A stretch of DNA of 64,000 nucleotides from a virus. Within the stretch, counting starts at the first letter, position 1. The number at the start of each line of letters is the position of its first letter. Positions 51,981 to 60,617 of the stretch are shown here, piece after piece. Location: the IMG/VR virus record IMGVR_UViG_3300045988_056849; one strand, given 5' to 3'. The notes beneath the pieces were generated by a model that saw nothing but the letters and a program-made list of their open reading frames with translations, was not told where the DNA came from and did not search any database. The position numbers were made by a program, and so were the translations under genes.

Positions 51981-52424
51981 ATGAAAATTAAAGCAAAAAA
52001 TCAGAATGTAGCTTCCATGGAGCTTATCGTGCCTGTAGATGGCCGTATTTCCATCGATGCTAACGGAGTAGCGGAGGTATCAGCTAAGTGTGCAGCCGCT
52101 CTTGTAAAGGGCACTAACGACTGGGATTATGCTAAAAAGGCTACAGCCGTTCAGGACGATGAGGAAGAAGATGACGACAACGAGGGTGGTGAACCTTCCG
52201 ACCGTGAGCGATTTGAAGCTCATCTTGACACGTTGACTCTTGCTCAGATGAAGGAATACGCCAAAGAAGGCGAAATGCCCGAAGAGGAGTATGAGAAACT
52301 GAACTCAAAGAAACTCATGAAAGCATACTTGCTGAAAAAGTACGATGAAGCCGAAGCAGCAGGTGAGCTTGATGAAGAGGACGATGAGGAAGAAGATGAC
52401 GACAACGAGGGTGGTGAACAATAA
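51981..52424 (+). CDS. highly acidic protein with an internal 42-bp exact DNA repeat (possible decoration/scaffold-type protein)
   Basis: Start at ATG 51981, downstream of the terminator. QDDEEEDDDNEGGE occurs twice. Confidence 0.55.
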   Translation: MKIKAKNQNVASMELIVPVDGRISIDANGVAEVSAKCAAALVKGTNDWDYAKKATAVQDDEEEDDDNEGGEPSDRERFEAHLDTLTLAQMKEYAKEGEMPEEEYEKLNSKKLMKAYLLKKYDEAEAAGELDEEDDEEEDDDNEGGEQ

Positions 52425-52448
52425 ATAACCTTTTAACATTGTCCTGAT

Positions 52449-53246
52449 ATGCCAAGTTTAAGACTGAAAATACAATACAATAAGAATATGGAGATGATTA
52501 TGTCTCCTACGGAGCTAATGGAGAATTATCTGTTTGGTATTCCCATGTGCTCTAATGACGGCAGAAAAATGTCTATGTCGGCTATTGCGCAGCACATCAT
52601 TTCAGCCCAGACTACGATTGAGAGTTTGTTCAGTATTAAACTTACAAAACAAGTCATAGAGGAAAACCGTGATTTCATACGGCAAGAATTTATGTCTTGG
52701 GGGTATATCAGGACAATGTACCCTATTGATTACATAGACAATCTTGAAGGTTGGATAAATGATGTTTGTCAAATAACCTATCCGAAGGAATGGTTGTCTA
52801 TCAAAAAGATTGAAGCAGTTGCTGTATATCGTAACATCTACCTTATTCCAAACACTGGTAGTAAGGAAGGAGCGACAATGACGCAAAATTCTTTAATCTA
52901 CAACGGCATTTCTCCGCATCTTGGATGGTTTGGACAAACTTTTATTCCCAACTATTGGAGAACGAGGTATGTTACAGGTTGGGACAAAATTCCTGCTGAT
53001 TTATTTGACTTCATAGCAAAGATGGCAGCATTGAACGTTCTTGCTATTATTGGAGATATATTGTATGGTATTGGATTAACTTCTATACAGATAAGTTTGG
53101 ACGGAGTGAGCCAAAATACTCCGTTGGCGAGAAGTGCTCAGGGAGGACTTTTTGCAGGACGTATAAAGACGTATATTGATGAGATGAATAGAATGATGCC
53201 TGCTTTGAAGAGCAAGTACAGAGGCATACCGTTTGAAGTATTATAA
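52449..53246 (+). CDS. virion structural protein (head-tail joining region, by position)
   Basis: Lies between the capsid and sheath genes. No diagnostic motif. Confidence 0.5.
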   Translation: MPSLRLKIQYNKNMEMIMSPTELMENYLFGIPMCSNDGRKMSMSAIAQHIISAQTTIESLFSIKLTKQVIEENRDFIRQEFMSWGYIRTMYPIDYIDNLEGWINDVCQITYPKEWLSIKKIEAVAVYRNIYLIPNTGSKEGATMTQNSLIYNGISPHLGWFGQTFIPNYWRTRYVTGWDKIPADLFDFIAKMAALNVLAIIGDILYGIGLTSIQISLDGVSQNTPLARSAQGGLFAGRIKTYIDEMNRMMPALKSKYRGIPFEVL

Positions 53247-53249
53247 ATT

Positions 53250-54101
53250 ATGGAAAGTAACGGTAAAAACAGAAAGAGTATTATAACAGACAAACCTACT
53301 GCGTTTCAAACTCCTCCAGCTGGTATCAATCCGAAGGTAGGGTGGAATGTTGATAGGTTTGAAACTTTAATACAAACTCAAGGCTATGACGCTTTCATAG
53401 ACCGAGCTTTGCGCTGCCCATGCGTAGATAAAGCAACTGGACAAGCTCTTTCAACGTGTCAAAATTGTTTAGGTAGAGGTTGGTTTTTTATTGATAGAAC
53501 TGAAACACGCTTGATTGCTCAACACATGGATAGCAAAAAGCATTATGAAAATTGGAGCGAAGTCAATAGAGGAACTGCTTCCATAACTACTAAGGGAACG
53601 GATAAACTTGGTTTTATGGACAGAGTGATTTTGATGCAGTTGGAAGAATTTTACTCAGAAATAATACGACCTATTTTTTATCAGGGAGAAATCATTGCCT
53701 ATCCAGTTTATGAACCTTTGGAGATAACAAACATGTTTTTGTTTTCTTCGGATGACGAAAAACTTGTACCTGTAACACCTGACGAATATACGGTTGACAA
53801 AAATAAAATAGTTTTTAGTTTAGGTATTCAAGATAAGATAGCAATATCTGATATGAATATAAAGGCTAAATCAGAGATACCTATAAGTATATCCATAAGA
53901 TATTCTCACTATCCTGTTTATCATGTTATAGACATCAATCGAGAGCTTATGAAAGTACGTGAGAGTAGGTTCTGTTCATTCGATGACGAGAAGCTCAGGC
54001 AAATGCCTATAAATGTGTTAGCAAGGAAAGCTCATTATATATTCGATGCTCAGAAGTTCGGAGAAGAGAGTTTTGAAAATACTGTAATGCCGAAAGGATA
54101 A
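53250..54101 (+). CDS. virion structural protein with CxC...CxxCxGxG zinc-finger-like motif
   Basis: RCPCVDKATGQALSTCQNCLGRGW. Lies between the capsid and sheath genes. Confidence 0.5.
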   Translation: MESNGKNRKSIITDKPTAFQTPPAGINPKVGWNVDRFETLIQTQGYDAFIDRALRCPCVDKATGQALSTCQNCLGRGWFFIDRTETRLIAQHMDSKKHYENWSEVNRGTASITTKGTDKLGFMDRVILMQLEEFYSEIIRPIFYQGEIIAYPVYEPLEITNMFLFSSDDEKLVPVTPDEYTVDKNKIVFSLGIQDKIAISDMNIKAKSEIPISISIRYSHYPVYHVIDINRELMKVRESRFCSFDDEKLRQMPINVLARKAHYIFDAQKFGEESFENTVMPKG

Positions 54102-54107
54102 CAATAT

Positions 54108-54911
54108 ATGAAACCAATAGTAATAGACTTATCAGGACTTCAATCGCAATTTGGTTTAGCAGCCGATACGATTGATATGCTTACTGAAACTTGCGTAAAT
54201 GCGGTTACAGCAGCAGTTTATGCTAATTGGGAAGCTCTTGCTAAACAAAAATTGAACTCAACCCTTCCAGAATATACCCAACATTTGATTAAGGTAGATA
54301 AAGGAAGATTTGCGAAACAGATTGTATTGACTGGAACACTTCCTAATATGATTGAACAAGGAGCTTCTGCGTTCGACATGAAAGAAGGTTTCAAAAAGTC
54401 TCAAAAAGTAAAGTACACAATACCTGTTTATAACAAGAAAGGAAAGCAAGTGTATAAGGGAGGAGATTGGTATTTGACCATTCCGTTCCGTATTGGCACA
54501 CCAGGCTCTCTTGGTCAAGCAGGATTCACTGGGGAAATGCCTCAAGAAATATACGATATAATGAGGAAGCGAGCGGCAGGAAAAGGCTTGACGGCTTCTG
54601 AACTTCCTTCTCCGTATGATGTACCTCAATCAAGAGCCGCAATTGAAGCAACTCCCAATAATCCAAGATATGATGAATATACCCATCGCAATTCTATTTA
54701 CGAAGGTTTAACAAAACGAAAGGCTCAATACGGACAGACTTCTCAAAATACCTATGGAACATTCAGACGAGCTGGAGCGAACTCCGACCCATTATCTTGG
54801 ATTCATAAGGGTATTAAACCGTATCATTTAGCCGAAGAAGCAGTTGAGAAAACAGACGTTGAAACAATTGTTGAAAATGAAGTAACAACCTATTTAGAAA
54901 CAATATTATGA
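54108..54911 (+). CDS. virion structural protein (neck/tail-completion region, by position)
   Basis: Position only. Confidence 0.5.
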   Translation: MKPIVIDLSGLQSQFGLAADTIDMLTETCVNAVTAAVYANWEALAKQKLNSTLPEYTQHLIKVDKGRFAKQIVLTGTLPNMIEQGASAFDMKEGFKKSQKVKYTIPVYNKKGKQVYKGGDWYLTIPFRIGTPGSLGQAGFTGEMPQEIYDIMRKRAAGKGLTASELPSPYDVPQSRAAIEATPNNPRYDEYTHRNSIYEGLTKRKAQYGQTSQNTYGTFRRAGANSDPLSWIHKGIKPYHLAEEAVEKTDVETIVENEVTTYLETIL

Positions 54912-55627
54912 GCGGAATACTTTTACCAGAAATTGTTATCTATAACACTTTGGAAAGCATAGTGAAATTGTTGCGTGATGATTTACAAGAAAACGTAGCA
55001 GATGACAAAAAAACTATATTATACAAGATACTGGGAGTGGATGAAGAAGGCAAGCCGATTAAGATGAATTTGTATAATTACTTTGTCCAAGCAAAGAAGA
55101 TGATTTTGACACCTCAAAACTTATCTGTTAATTTCGGATATAACCAAGAGGTTGCTAAAATCATATCAATGCACATTCTCCTTCCTTCAGAACAGGGTGA
55201 AGCAGCGATTGGAGAAGATGAAGGATATTTGGAGGATGATATATTGGATGAAGAAGGAAAGAAAACAGCAACTCAACAATACTTTACTCAGACATATAAT
55301 TGTACGTATCAAATCATGATTACAAGCAATAACTCTTCTGAAGTGAACGTAGTATATAATGTAATGAAAAGTATGCTGCTTATGCTTGTTCCTCATTTGG
55401 AGCTGATGGGTATTCGCATTCCTTCGTTATCGGGGAACGATATAATGATGCAAGACGACCTTACCCCAGTTCCTTTGTTTCATAAAGTTCTCAATTTAAC
55501 GTTCAAGTATGAACATAACGTTCCACAACTTGTAGTTCAGGAGGTAGCAAAGAAGTTCTATTTCCAAATGAGAATGATTGATTACAACGATGATACTTCA
55601 TCAAGCTCAAGTATAGATAAGGAGTAA
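54908..55627 (+). CDS. virion structural protein (neck/tail-completion region, by position)
   Basis: ATGA overlap. Position only. Confidence 0.5.
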   Translation: MSGILLPEIVIYNTLESIVKLLRDDLQENVADDKKTILYKILGVDEEGKPIKMNLYNYFVQAKKMILTPQNLSVNFGYNQEVAKIISMHILLPSEQGEAAIGEDEGYLEDDILDEEGKKTATQQYFTQTYNCTYQIMITSNNSSEVNVVYNVMKSMLLMLVPHLELMGIRIPSLSGNDIMMQDDLTPVPLFHKVLNLTFKYEHNVPQLVVQEVAKKFYFQMRMIDYNDDTSSSSSIDKE

Positions 55628-55659
55628 AATTTGAAATAAATTCATATAAACAAAAGATT

Positions 55660-57282
55660 ATGGCAACAGTAGTTAATTTTCATGGCAAGAACTACATTGA
55701 ACCTGGTTCGTATGCTGCTACCGTTTATAATCCAACGTCAGTCGTAAACGTTGCCGAATTTGGTAATGTTATGATTATCGACACTGGGTTGGCGATGAAT
55801 GGCTCATACGAATACGCAGGAGGTTCAGGAGTTCAGGGTGAACTGGCACAAGGCTTGAAGTCTGTGTACGAGTTTACAAACTATGAGGACTTCTTGGCTT
55901 TCATGGGAGGAGGTCTGGTTGGCGATATAGCTAACAAGATTTTCACGCCTTTGGACGGGTCAGCAGGTGCTCCTAAGTTGTATTATGTCCGTGCCGCCAA
56001 AACGACTTGCGCAACTCTTACAGCTACAATATCAGGCTCCAATGCTTTGGTACTGAAATGTAAGAACGAGGGCATTGTTGGTAACGGAGTAAAAGTTGAT
56101 GATGTTTTGAAAGTAGGTTATGGAGCTCAGATTGTAGCTGGCGAAACTACTGATACTTTCAAACTTCAAGTTTTCCGTGGTTCCTTTATGGGAGTGGACG
56201 ATGCGGGTGAAGCCTTCGGAGCGAAGAGCGAAGCTGATGCAGTTCCTAACCTTATTGCAGAATCAAGTGACCTTACTACTCTTCAGGAGTTGTACGATTG
56301 GGCGAGGTCAAACAAGCAGATGCTTGCTAACTTCGTTGTAAGTATGACTGGTGATGGAGAAACCGAGCTTGCTGCTGTAGCTTTGACTTTGGCTACTGGA
56401 GGTACAACCGAGTATATGGGCGGTACGGAGTACGCAGATGTGTTAGAAGCAATCGCAGAGTTGGATGTTACGTTCTTCCTGTGCACTAACTTGAATGCTG
56501 CTAACGGCAAAGGAGTTGATGCTGCAACGAACGGTAAATTGTTTACATTCCTGAAACAGACTGCTAAGTTCACTGAATTTATGGTAGTGCCAGGCGGTGA
56601 GGACGATACCGACTTGTTTGGAGACACTAACAGCTCCGAGTCAATTGCTAAGTATTTCAATTCAGGTCAGGTTGTTTGCGTACACGGTGCTCCTATCGTA
56701 ACGAGAAAAGACCAGAACGGTACAAAACAGCTTCACACTATCTACCTTGCTGCGGCAATCGTAGGTTTGAACGCAGGAATGGCTGCTCAAACTCCGCTTA
56801 CTTTCAAGCGTGTCGGTTATCAGTCTTTTGCTTACGACTTGAAGAAACGAGAAAGAGAGAGAGCATTACAAGCTGGTATCATGCACGTTCGCAACGTATC
56901 GGGTTATTGGTGCGTCAACCAAGGCATTACGACCTTGCTGGATAATAAGAAAACAATTGCCGATGACGGTCAGTCGTTTGAGTTATCCGTAGAGCTTATC
57001 AAGGCTCAGTTGAACAAAGAGCTTATTTTGGAAGGACAAACGAGGTTTACAGGACAAACGGCAGCACAGGCTTCTCCGCAGTCTGTTAAGAACTTCACCG
57101 AAACAAAACTTGCTTCTTTGGTAGCATATCCTGGCAATGATAACTTGCTTATCAGTTGGAAGAATGTAAAGGTTGTTGCTAAGAACAGCGACTACTTTAT
57201 CACTTACGACTTCGTGCCGAACGTACCTGTGAACAAGACGTTCTTCATTGGGAACATCTTGGATTTTTCAGTAGAAGTGTAA
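55660..57282 (+). CDS. contractile tail sheath protein
   Basis: 540 aa, immediately upstream of a 166-aa tube-sized gene, a chaperone pair and the tape measure. Called on synteny and size. Confidence 0.6.
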   Translation: MATVVNFHGKNYIEPGSYAATVYNPTSVVNVAEFGNVMIIDTGLAMNGSYEYAGGSGVQGELAQGLKSVYEFTNYEDFLAFMGGGLVGDIANKIFTPLDGSAGAPKLYYVRAAKTTCATLTATISGSNALVLKCKNEGIVGNGVKVDDVLKVGYGAQIVAGETTDTFKLQVFRGSFMGVDDAGEAFGAKSEADAVPNLIAESSDLTTLQELYDWARSNKQMLANFVVSMTGDGETELAAVALTLATGGTTEYMGGTEYADVLEAIAELDVTFFLCTNLNAANGKGVDAATNGKLFTFLKQTAKFTEFMVVPGGEDDTDLFGDTNSSESIAKYFNSGQVVCVHGAPIVTRKDQNGTKQLHTIYLAAAIVGLNAGMAAQTPLTFKRVGYQSFAYDLKKRERERALQAGIMHVRNVSGYWCVNQGITTLLDNKKTIADDGQSFELSVELIKAQLNKELILEGQTRFTGQTAAQASPQSVKNFTETKLASLVAYPGNDNLLISWKNVKVVAKNSDYFITYDFVPNVPVNKTFFIGNILDFSVEV

Positions 57283-57302
57283 CAAATAAAAGATAACATA
57301 CT

Positions 57303-57803
57303 ATGGCAAAGAATGAAAAAGTGATGACTGCCCCTTTGGCTATCATCCAGATAAATTCAGTTACCGTGGGTAAAATGAAGAACGTTCGCATCACTGAGAA
57401 TATCCGAAGAGGACGTGTGACGGGCGTAGGACGTTTGAACCCAGAGGAGCTGCCTGCCTTGGAATGGAGTGGTTCTTTGTTTTGTTCTTCTTATACTATC
57501 AACTTCAACCTTTTGGCTAACAAAATGAAGAAGGGAGCGTTCAGAAACGCTGGTACAGTAGAAGAATGGGCAAACGCTATTCTGCTTCAGGAAGATGGGC
57601 TTGAAATTGCTATCCTTCGTAAAGTGAAGGACGGAGCTATTGACAACGAAACTGGTTTGGTTTCTACTAAATATGAGACTTTTGCGAAAACAGTTGGAGC
57701 GTTCATGACACGTGAAGGCTTCGATATTCAAGAAGGTCAGATTTCAGGACGTGATACTGAATTCGAGTATTTGGAACCAATTCTGTACAACGGGATTGTT
57801 TAA
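57303..57803 (+). CDS. tail tube protein
   Basis: 166 aa, between the sheath and chaperone genes. Followed by a terminator. Confidence 0.55.
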   Translation: MAKNEKVMTAPLAIIQINSVTVGKMKNVRITENIRRGRVTGVGRLNPEELPALEWSGSLFCSSYTINFNLLANKMKKGAFRNAGTVEEWANAILLQEDGLEIAILRKVKDGAIDNETGLVSTKYETFAKTVGAFMTREGFDIQEGQISGRDTEFEYLEPILYNGIV

Positions 57804-57813
57804 GCCAAAATAA

Positions 57814-57823
57814 ACAGTTATAG
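57814..57823 (+). promoter_or_regulatory. ACAGTTATAG box, copy 7
   Basis: Exact 10-mer, 61 nt upstream of ATG 57885, immediately followed by a hairpin. Flank AAACAGTTATAGGAAGGT, as in copy 6. Confidence 0.6.
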
Positions 57824-57824
57824 G

Positions 57825-57858
57825 AAGGTAGTATGTGAATAACGTACTACCTTTTTTA
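57825..57858 (+). terminator. rho-independent terminator
   Basis: AAGGTAGTA (57825-57833) pairs with TACTACCTT (57845-57853), then TTTT. Confidence 0.7.
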
Positions 57859-57884
57859 TTGTAAATAAACTAAATTGTAAAGTC

Positions 57885-58283
57885 ATGATTGAAAGACAGA
57901 AAAAATTCAGTATCGGAGAAAAGACGTTCACGGCTCAGTTCCCCAACGTTGGGCAGCTAATTGACTTGGAAAGTTTGAAACAGGCTCTAACCAATAACCG
58001 ATATGGGGTTATGGCAGCGAGTGGCGTAGCAAGCATGTATTATGCTCTTGATATGGTAGATGCTATTTCCTTCCTTCAGGTATGCGTTCCGAGCGTAGCG
58101 AAGTATTATGATATAAAAAATTACACTGCCCTTGCTCCTGAAGATATCAAGGAATTGGTAGAAGCGTATCAGAAGGAATTGAAACCTTGGTTCGACAAGG
58201 TTATGGCAGAACTCAAAGGCATAAAACTGAACGATGGCGGAGACAAAACTGAAGAGGGAGCTGAAGCTGGAGAAGAGGGTTGA
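57885..58283 (+). CDS. tail assembly chaperone (gpG-like position)
   Basis: 132 aa, directly upstream of the tape measure. Acidic C-terminus. Overlaps the next ORF by 50 nt. Confidence 0.5.
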   Translation: MIERQKKFSIGEKTFTAQFPNVGQLIDLESLKQALTNNRYGVMAASGVASMYYALDMVDAISFLQVCVPSVAKYYDIKNYTALAPEDIKELVEAYQKELKPWFDKVMAELKGIKLNDGGDKTEEGAEAGEEG

Positions 58284-58581
58284 TAACTTCCTTTCTTCTT
58301 GGCATCAATTCCCGATTGATTATTGGTGGCGCAAAAGATACCATGTACCATTCGGTTCACCTCAGCATAGGGAGATGAACTTCATTGATATGTATATAGA
58401 GTTCCAAGAGGAAGTTGCTATCAATAGAGCCATCAATCATACCGACTATGATGAGGATGAAGCTGAAAACGAAGCATTGGGATTAGTAGATACCAATAAG
58501 AAAGTTGTTAAAGTAACAGAGAAAGAAATTGATGAAGACTTTGAGAAATTAGATTTGAGTCAATTTGATAAACAAGAATAA
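58234..58581 (+). CDS. second tail chaperone ORF (gpT-like position), +1 frame relative to 57885..58283
   Basis: Its frame is open only from 58231. It has its own ATG at 58234. Ends 3 nt before the tape-measure ATG. Confidence 0.45.
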   Translation: MAETKLKRELKLEKRVDNFLSSWHQFPIDYWWRKRYHVPFGSPQHREMNFIDMYIEFQEEVAINRAINHTDYDEDEAENEALGLVDTNKKVVKVTEKEIDEDFEKLDLSQFDKQE

Positions 58582-58583
58582 TT

Positions 58584-60617
58584 ATGGCAGATGTAACGGT
58601 AAACATACGTGGCGATGCTTCCCAGCTCCGAGATGAGTTGGATAATGTAAGCAGAAACCCAAGTTCAGACACCTCTGCTCCTACACCTTCGGGCGGTAGG
58701 GGTGTAGGTTCAGCTGTTCCTTCTAACGACCGAATGATTGAGGACGTTCGGAGGGAAATGCAGCAGCGTGGAGTTCTCTTGGTGCCTGGTTCTTCTTCGA
58801 TGACTCAGATTATCAATCAGTACGGTCAAGCAACGAGAGGAGCTGTCAATGACCGTATTTCGGAAAGGTACGACGCAAGGAGAGACGACATGCGCAAGCG
58901 TATGAGTTCCGACTACGATGCTATTGAAGCCGATATTGATAAGAGGAGACAGGAAGGACTTCAAAGACTTGGCCCAAATGCTAATGACCCATTCTATACA
59001 GCTATGCTTGACCAGCAATTGGAGCAGGAAAGGCAAAGACAGTACCGAATGGTGGGAAGTCAGTATGACAAGGAAGAGGAACAAATCAATCAGGAAGAAG
59101 CGAACGAAAGAACGCAAGCCGAAACCGAGTTGACTGCCGCTATCCGAGAATTGACCGAGTATTTCAACCGACAAGCAAATCAAGGAGGAGATGCGCCTGA
59201 TTCATATATCGGGAGACTTCGTGCTCAACAGAGAGAGTTGATGCAACAACGTGACTCAGCAGATAGTGAGGAAGGAGCTATGGCAGCTTCAAGAAGTCTT
59301 GCTGACGTGAACGAACAACTCCGAAGAGTATTGGGAGGAGGAGCTGCTCAACAAGGCAGACCTTATTATGATTCAGCGTTGCAAGGAGCTCAAGGAATAC
59401 AAAGACTTTTCAGCGGACTTCAAAGTGGCGATATTGGAAGCACTATAATGGGTGGAGGTTCAGCCATAGCAGGAATATCGGGTATGGGTCTGAAAGCAGC
59501 ACTACGCTTCTTGGGATGGGTAGGAGTTGCCGCAGGTGCAGCGAAGTCTCTGACTGGAACTTCGGACTCATATGAATCAATGCAAGGTCTGGCTTCTTTG
59601 AGAGCTACTACTGGTTATCAAGGTGGTGACGCTTCAAACTATTTAGGAGCTATGCTGCCTGACGCTAACTTCAGAGGTATCAATTACACCAACTTTGGTT
59701 ACGATACGGAGGAGTTTGCTGGTAATGCTGCGAGAAGAACGAGGGCACGTGGTACTTCGGACGATTGGTATGCGGAAACCATGCGTCAAATTGGACTGGA
59801 AAGAAACCTTGCACTTTCAGAAGGCTCTTTGGAAAAAGGAGGTCAATATGACCGATATGGATTGAATGTAACAGAAGCAATCTCACGCTTGGTTACTATC
59901 TTGAATGGTATCGAAGGTTCAGGAGTATCTATGGGAGACTTCACGAGAGTTCAAGAGAAGTACGATATTCAGCAACAGATAATGGGCTCATATATGAATA
60001 GAGCCGACCGACCGAGCTATGATGTAGCAAATGCTAATTTAGCAGCCTTCTCAGCAGTTCAAGGTATAACGCAAGATTCAAGAATTGGAACTGATTATCA
60101 ATCTTTCCAAAACATGATTCAACAGCCGATGAACGAGCGAATGAGAGCGTTGATATATAGTTCGGTTGCTGACTTATTCCCAGAGACTGGCGGACGCATG
60201 GACTTGATTGACCGTGAACTTCGCAATCCTGAAAATGAAGGTAAAATCATGCAATCCGTTATACAGCGTATCACACAACAGTTCGGAGGTACGGACACTC
60301 AGATGGGTTACTTTGCTTTCAAGTCCTTGTTGCCTGATATAGCTCCTGACCGTTTAGACCAATATATCAGTCAGTTCTCCGATACTGGTACAATGCCAGG
60401 AAGTATATTGAAGAAGGGAATTGGTAATCAAGGAGATTTTGACCGAGCTGGGCGACAAAATATGGATTCATGGGCGGTACAATCTACTGAATTCACTACG
60501 GCTTGGACGAAGGGAAAGAACGAAGTTGTTTCAGTTCTCAATCAAATTCTTGGTAAGATTACAGGTACAACAACTATGCCTACTCCAAACACAACTAAGA
60601 AGGGAGGAAACAAATAA
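58584..60617 (+). CDS. tail tape measure protein
   Basis: 677 aa. Q/R/E-rich helical N-terminal half. Gly-rich hydrophobic segment IMGGGSAIAGISGMGLKAALRFLGWVGVAAGAA. Lies after the chaperone pair. Confidence 0.7.
   Translation: MADVTVNIRGDASQLRDELDNVSRNPSSDTSAPTPSGGRGVGSAVPSNDRMIEDVRREMQQRGVLLVPGSSSMTQIINQYGQATRGAVNDRISERYDARRDDMRKRMSSDYDAIEADIDKRRQEGLQRLGPNANDPFYTAMLDQQLEQERQRQYRMVGSQYDKEEEQINQEEANERTQAETELTAAIRELTEYFNRQANQGGDAPDSYIGRLRAQQRELMQQRDSADSEEGAMAASRSLADVNEQLRRVLGGGAAQQGRPYYDSALQGAQGIQRLFSGLQSGDIGSTIMGGGSAIAGISGMGLKAALRFLGWVGVAAGAAKSLTGTSDSYESMQGLASLRATTGYQGGDASNYLGAMLPDANFRGINYTNFGYDTEEFAGNAARRTRARGTSDDWYAETMRQIGLERNLALSEGSLEKGGQYDRYGLNVTEAISRLVTILNGIEGSGVSMGDFTRVQEKYDIQQQIMGSYMNRADRPSYDVANANLAAFSAVQGITQDSRIGTDYQSFQNMIQQPMNERMRALIYSSVADLFPETGGRMDLIDRELRNPENEGKIMQSVIQRITQQFGGTDTQMGYFAFKSLLPDIAPDRLDQYISQFSDTGTMPGSILKKGIGNQGDFDRAGRQNMDSWAVQSTEFTTAWTKGKNEVVSVLNQILGKITGTTTMPTPNTTKKGGNK

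Noticed and set aside
52153-52419. CRISPR array or other spacer-repeat structure
   Set aside because: Only two copies of the 42-bp repeat exist, and they are in frame inside a coding sequence. None of the other repeats (promoter cassettes, 10-mer boxes) has regular repeat-spacer periodicity.
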